This document shows positions 28,588 through 31,142 of a DNA stretch of 31,142 bases, in pieces. Made by a program: the position numbers and the translations under genes. The DNA is from Planctomycetota bacterium (GTDB taxonomy: Bacteria > Planctomycetota > UBA11346). The DNA lies in assembly GCA_038213805.1 (NCBI GenBank), contig JBBQSO010000065.1, positions 1-31,142 on the forward strand. Direction: 5' to 3'. Every line of letters begins with the position of its first letter. Within the stretch, counting starts at the first letter, position 1. The notes beneath the pieces are model-generated. The model was given only the letters and a program-made list of their open reading frames with translations. It ran no database searches and was not told the origin of the DNA.

Positions 28588-28706
28588 AGGCGCGAGACTC
28601 TAGACTCTAGACCCTAGACCTTAGACCCGAGACCCGAGACCCGAGGCGCGAGGCGCGAGGCGCGAGGCGCGAGGCGCGAGGTGCGAGGTGCGAGGTGCGA
28701 GGTGCG
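28588..28706. repeat. Graded heptamer array of 17 in-register units
   Basis: AGGCGCG, AGACTCT x2, AGACCCT, AGACCTT, AGACCCG x3, AGGCGCG x5, AGGTGCG x4. Confidence 0.93.
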
Positions 28707-28718
28707 GGGAGGCGGGGG

Positions 28719-30128
28719 TCAGAGCACGGCGTCCATCAGGCGGGCGAGGTTCTGGGCGATGCGCAGGGCGGCGGGGCGTTCACGCCAGCGCGCCAGGTCG
28801 AGCTGCTCCGCTTCGGCCAGGTAGCCGTCCTCGATGCGGCGCAGGTCGGCGACCGTCGCGGGATCGGGGATCACCAGGCTGATCTCGGCGTTGAGCGCGA
28901 AGGAGCGGATGTCCATGTTGCTGGTGCCGATCAGCGCCAGATCGTCGTCGATGGTCACGTGCTTGGCGTGCAGGAAGCGCGGCTTGTAGGCGTGGATGGC
29001 GACGCCGCCCGCGAGCAGTTGGTCGTAGTACGAGCGCTGTGCCAGGCCGACCAGCAGCTGGTCGATCTGGGCGGCGACGATCAGCACCACCGCGACGCCG
29101 CGCAGGGCGGCGATGACCAGGGCGTCGAGCAGCGACTCGGTGGGGACGAAATAGGGAGTGGAGATCACCACCCGTCGGCGCGCGCCGTGGATCAGGCTGA
29201 CGAGCAGGTCGAGGGTGTTGGCGTGGCGGTAGCCCGGCCCGCTCGGCAGGGTCTGCAGCAGGGTGCCGCCCGTTTCCGGCATCTCGGGCAGCAACTCATG
29301 CAGCGGCAGTTCCTGGCCGCATTCCAGGAAGCGGTCGGCGAGCAGCACGGCCTGCAGCTGGCGCACCGCCGGACCGGCCAGGCGCACCACCAGTTCCTGA
29401 TAGACCAGGCCGCGGACGGCGTCCGGATCGATGAGATTCTGCGAGCCGATGTAGCCGATGCGCCCGTCGATGACGGCGATCTTGCGGTGGTTGCGCAGGT
29501 CAAAGCGGGCGGCGCCCCGGCGCAGTAGGCCGGTTGGCAGCAGTGCCATGACCTCGATGCCGGCGGCGCGCAGGCGCGGGGCGAGGTGGTGCAGCCCGCG
29601 CTTTGATCCTGAGCCATCCATCAGCACCCGGCAGGCCACGCCGCGCCCGGCGGCGCGCACCAGGGCGTCGGCCACCTGCCGCGCGGTGCGATCCGCTGCG
29701 ACGATGTAGTACGACAGGTGGACGTGGTGGGTGGCCGCGTCGATGTCGGCGCACAACCGGTCGATGATCCCCTGGTAGGCGGTGAGCAACTCGCAGCGAT
29801 TGCCCGCGGTCAGCGGGAAGTCGCCGAGCCGCCTGGTCAGGGCGATCGCATCCTCCCGCCCCGTGGGAGGATGCGGCACGACGCCCGCGCGCAGCTCCAC
29901 CGCGCTGCGGATGAAGTCCGAGACCCGCTGCTGGCGCTGCTGGCGCAGCGCAGGCAGCCGCGCCCGGCCGATGAGCAGATAGACCAGGACGCCAATCCAC
30001 GGCACCAGGAAGACCAGCAGCAGCCAGCTGCGCGCCGCACCCGCGCTGCGCTGCTGCGGTACGACGATGATCATGCCTGCGCAGATCAGCCAGTGCGACA
30101 GGATGCCGAGAGCTGTCCAGGTGATCAT
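28719..30128 (-). CDS. cls: Cardiolipin synthase (ClsA-type)
   Basis: Two N-terminal TM helices; two HKD motifs (RNHRKIAVID, LHAKHVTID); STPYFVP; GTSNMDIRSFALNAE. Confidence 0.93.
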   Translation of the reverse strand: MITWTALGILSHWLICAGMIIVVPQQRSAGAARSWLLLVFLVPWIGVLVYLLIGRARLPALRQQRQQRVSDFIRSAVELRAGVVPHPPTGREDAIALTRRLGDFPLTAGNRCELLTAYQGIIDRLCADIDAATHHVHLSYYIVAADRTARQVADALVRAAGRGVACRVLMDGSGSKRGLHHLAPRLRAAGIEVMALLPTGLLRRGAARFDLRNHRKIAVIDGRIGYIGSQNLIDPDAVRGLVYQELVVRLAGPAVRQLQAVLLADRFLECGQELPLHELLPEMPETGGTLLQTLPSGPGYRHANTLDLLVSLIHGARRRVVISTPYFVPTESLLDALVIAALRGVAVVLIVAAQIDQLLVGLAQRSYYDQLLAGGVAIHAYKPRFLHAKHVTIDDDLALIGTSNMDIRSFALNAEISLVIPDPATVADLRRIEDGYLAEAEQLDLARWRERPAALRIAQNLARLMDAVL

Positions 30129-30203
30129 CAGGTCCCTGGGCTTCTGCTGGGGAGCGCGATGCAGCCGGGGACGGTGCTGGTGATGGTGCGGGCGGTGGCG
30201 CGA

Positions 30204-30312
30204 AGTGCGGAGTGCGGAGTGCGGAGTGCCTGGTGCGTCGACATCAAGTCCGCATCCCTGGGTCTATGGGCTTGATTCAGATACCGCAAATCGAAGCGCA
30301 CTCCGCACTCCG
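30204..30312. repeat. Inverted heptamer arrays (AGTGCGG)x3.7 ... (CCGCACT)x2
   Basis: 30204-30229 and 30297-30312 are reverse-complementary; loop about 67 nt. Confidence 0.85.
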
Positions 30313-30338
30313 TGGCCCCCGGCGCGACCACGCCGCGC

Positions 30339-30806
30339 TCAATCCGCGGTTTCTTCCGTGGGCCGCGGCTTGGGCAGGGGTGGCGGCACCTGGTCCGCGG
30401 GCCCGGGCGTCGCCGGGGTGGGGATGGCGCCGCCATCGGAGTCCGTGGCGCGTGCCTTGCGGATGAGGTCGTCCATGCCCTGGCGGTTCTTCTCGACCTC
30501 GTCGTAGGCGAAGGACAGGATCGGCAACAGCCGGGTCTTGACCGACGGCGCGTAGGAGCGCTGCACGAAGCCGCGCGCCGATTCCAGCGCCTGCGCCGCG
30601 AGGCGCCGCTGCACCGGCGTACCGAGCACGGTGTAGTAGGCCTTCACGGTGTGCAGGTCCGAGGTCATCTCGACGCGCGTCACGGTGATGAAGCCGATGC
30701 GCGGATCCTTCAGTTCATGCTGGATGCAGGTCGCGATCTCGCGGTGCAGCAGCGACTCCAGGCGATCCTTGCGGTTCGGGCCGCGCCCCTTGGCGGTGGT
30801 GTTCAT
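30339..30806 (-). CDS. rbfA: Ribosome-binding factor A
   Basis: RKDRLESLLHREIA..ELKDPRIGFITVTRVEMTSDL..KAY..LESARGFVQ..P.LSFAYD; Pro-rich tail. Start ATG 30806. Confidence 0.93.
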   Translation of the reverse strand: MNTTAKGRGPNRKDRLESLLHREIATCIQHELKDPRIGFITVTRVEMTSDLHTVKAYYTVLGTPVQRRLAAQALESARGFVQRSYAPSVKTRLLPILSFAYDEVEKNRQGMDDLIRKARATDSDGGAIPTPATPGPADQVPPPLPKPRPTEETAD

Positions 30807-30828
30807 GGCAGGGAGACCTGGTGGGAAG

Positions 30829-30884
30829 GGAAGCGAGGAAGCGAAGAAGCGAGCGAGCGAGGAAGCGAGGAAACGAGGAAGCGA
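30829..30884. repeat. Octamer array (GGAAGCGA)x7, degenerate
   Basis: Seven in-register units ending 22 nt before the rbfA start on the minus strand. Confidence 0.8.
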
Positions 30885-30948
30885 GAGCGAATGGAGTAGC
30901 ACCCATTGCGACGCACCCAGTGGTGAAGCACCAATCCCCCAGGATCCC

Positions 30949-31000
30949 GCAGGGGTCCAGGGGCGCGCCCCTGGCGGGGCGTAGCGGGGCAGAGCCCTGC
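30949..31000. repeat. Double-hairpin palindromic element
   Basis: Perfect 18-bp palindrome CCAGGGGCGCGCCCCTGG (30957-30974), then GGGC-AGA-GCCC; the GCAGG and CCTGC ends can also pair. Confidence 0.6.
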
Positions 31001-31092
31001 GAACATTGGGTGATCCGGGCGCAGCGCAGCGAGCACGGCATCACCCAGGCGCCGCGGCTGCCGCAGGCAGCCCCACCGGCGTCCGCCGGCGG

Positions 31093-31115
31093 CTCCCGGC
31101 CGCGCCGGCCGGGAG
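31093..31115 (-). terminator. GC-rich hairpin just downstream of an upstream minus-strand stop
   Basis: CTCCCGGCCG-CGC-CGGCCGGGAG; no U-tract. Confidence 0.4.
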
Positions 31116-31126
31116 AGCGGCCCCGA

Positions 31127-31141
31127 CTAGAGCGTCCGGGC
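31127..31141 (-). CDS. infB: Possible last codons of translation initiation factor IF-2 (window edge)
   Basis: Minus strand reads A-R-T-L-stop, a common IF-2 ending, and infB usually precedes rbfA. Only 4 codons are visible. Confidence 0.35.
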   Translation of the reverse strand, partial: ARTL

Positions 31142-31142
31142 C

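Overview
High-GC chromosomal window from a bacterium, probably PVC superphylum and most likely Planctomycetota (Minf_1886-family gene, ThiD2-fused thiE, membrane Ser/Thr kinase). It holds about 26 CDS. In order: an ALDH7-lhgO pair; an O-methyltransferase; a SigK/RskA-like ECF sigma/anti-sigma pair; a seven-gene lipid-modification cluster (FAD oxidoreductase, DUF1365, fatty-acid desaturase, CFA-synthase-like methyltransferase, DUF2878, DUF1295, second methyltransferase) resembling furan-fatty-acid (ufaMDO) genes and the mycobacterial SigK locus; TetR plus a vWA lipoprotein; a LarA-like enzyme; a Cys-less CT398-like protein; a kinase; Minf_1886; an enlarged AI-2E protein; thiE; osmC-family; a sigma54 response regulator; a beta-barrel protein; gpsA; cls; rbfA. 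Three copies of an ECF promoter motif, (C/G)ATCC-N16-CGTA, can be read in front of the three units of the lipid cluster. The most unusual signal is non-coding: almost every intergenic gap carries 7- or 8-nt tandem arrays of different units, mostly as inverted pairs (G-rich arm first, C-rich arm second) enclosing a promoter, a perfect hairpin or a REP-like element. One array drifts stepwise through units used elsewhere. There is also a ~480-bp nested REP-like palindrome with a compensatory base-pair change. No CRISPR array, tRNA, rRNA or transposase was seen. All family assignments come from motif recognition, not database searches.
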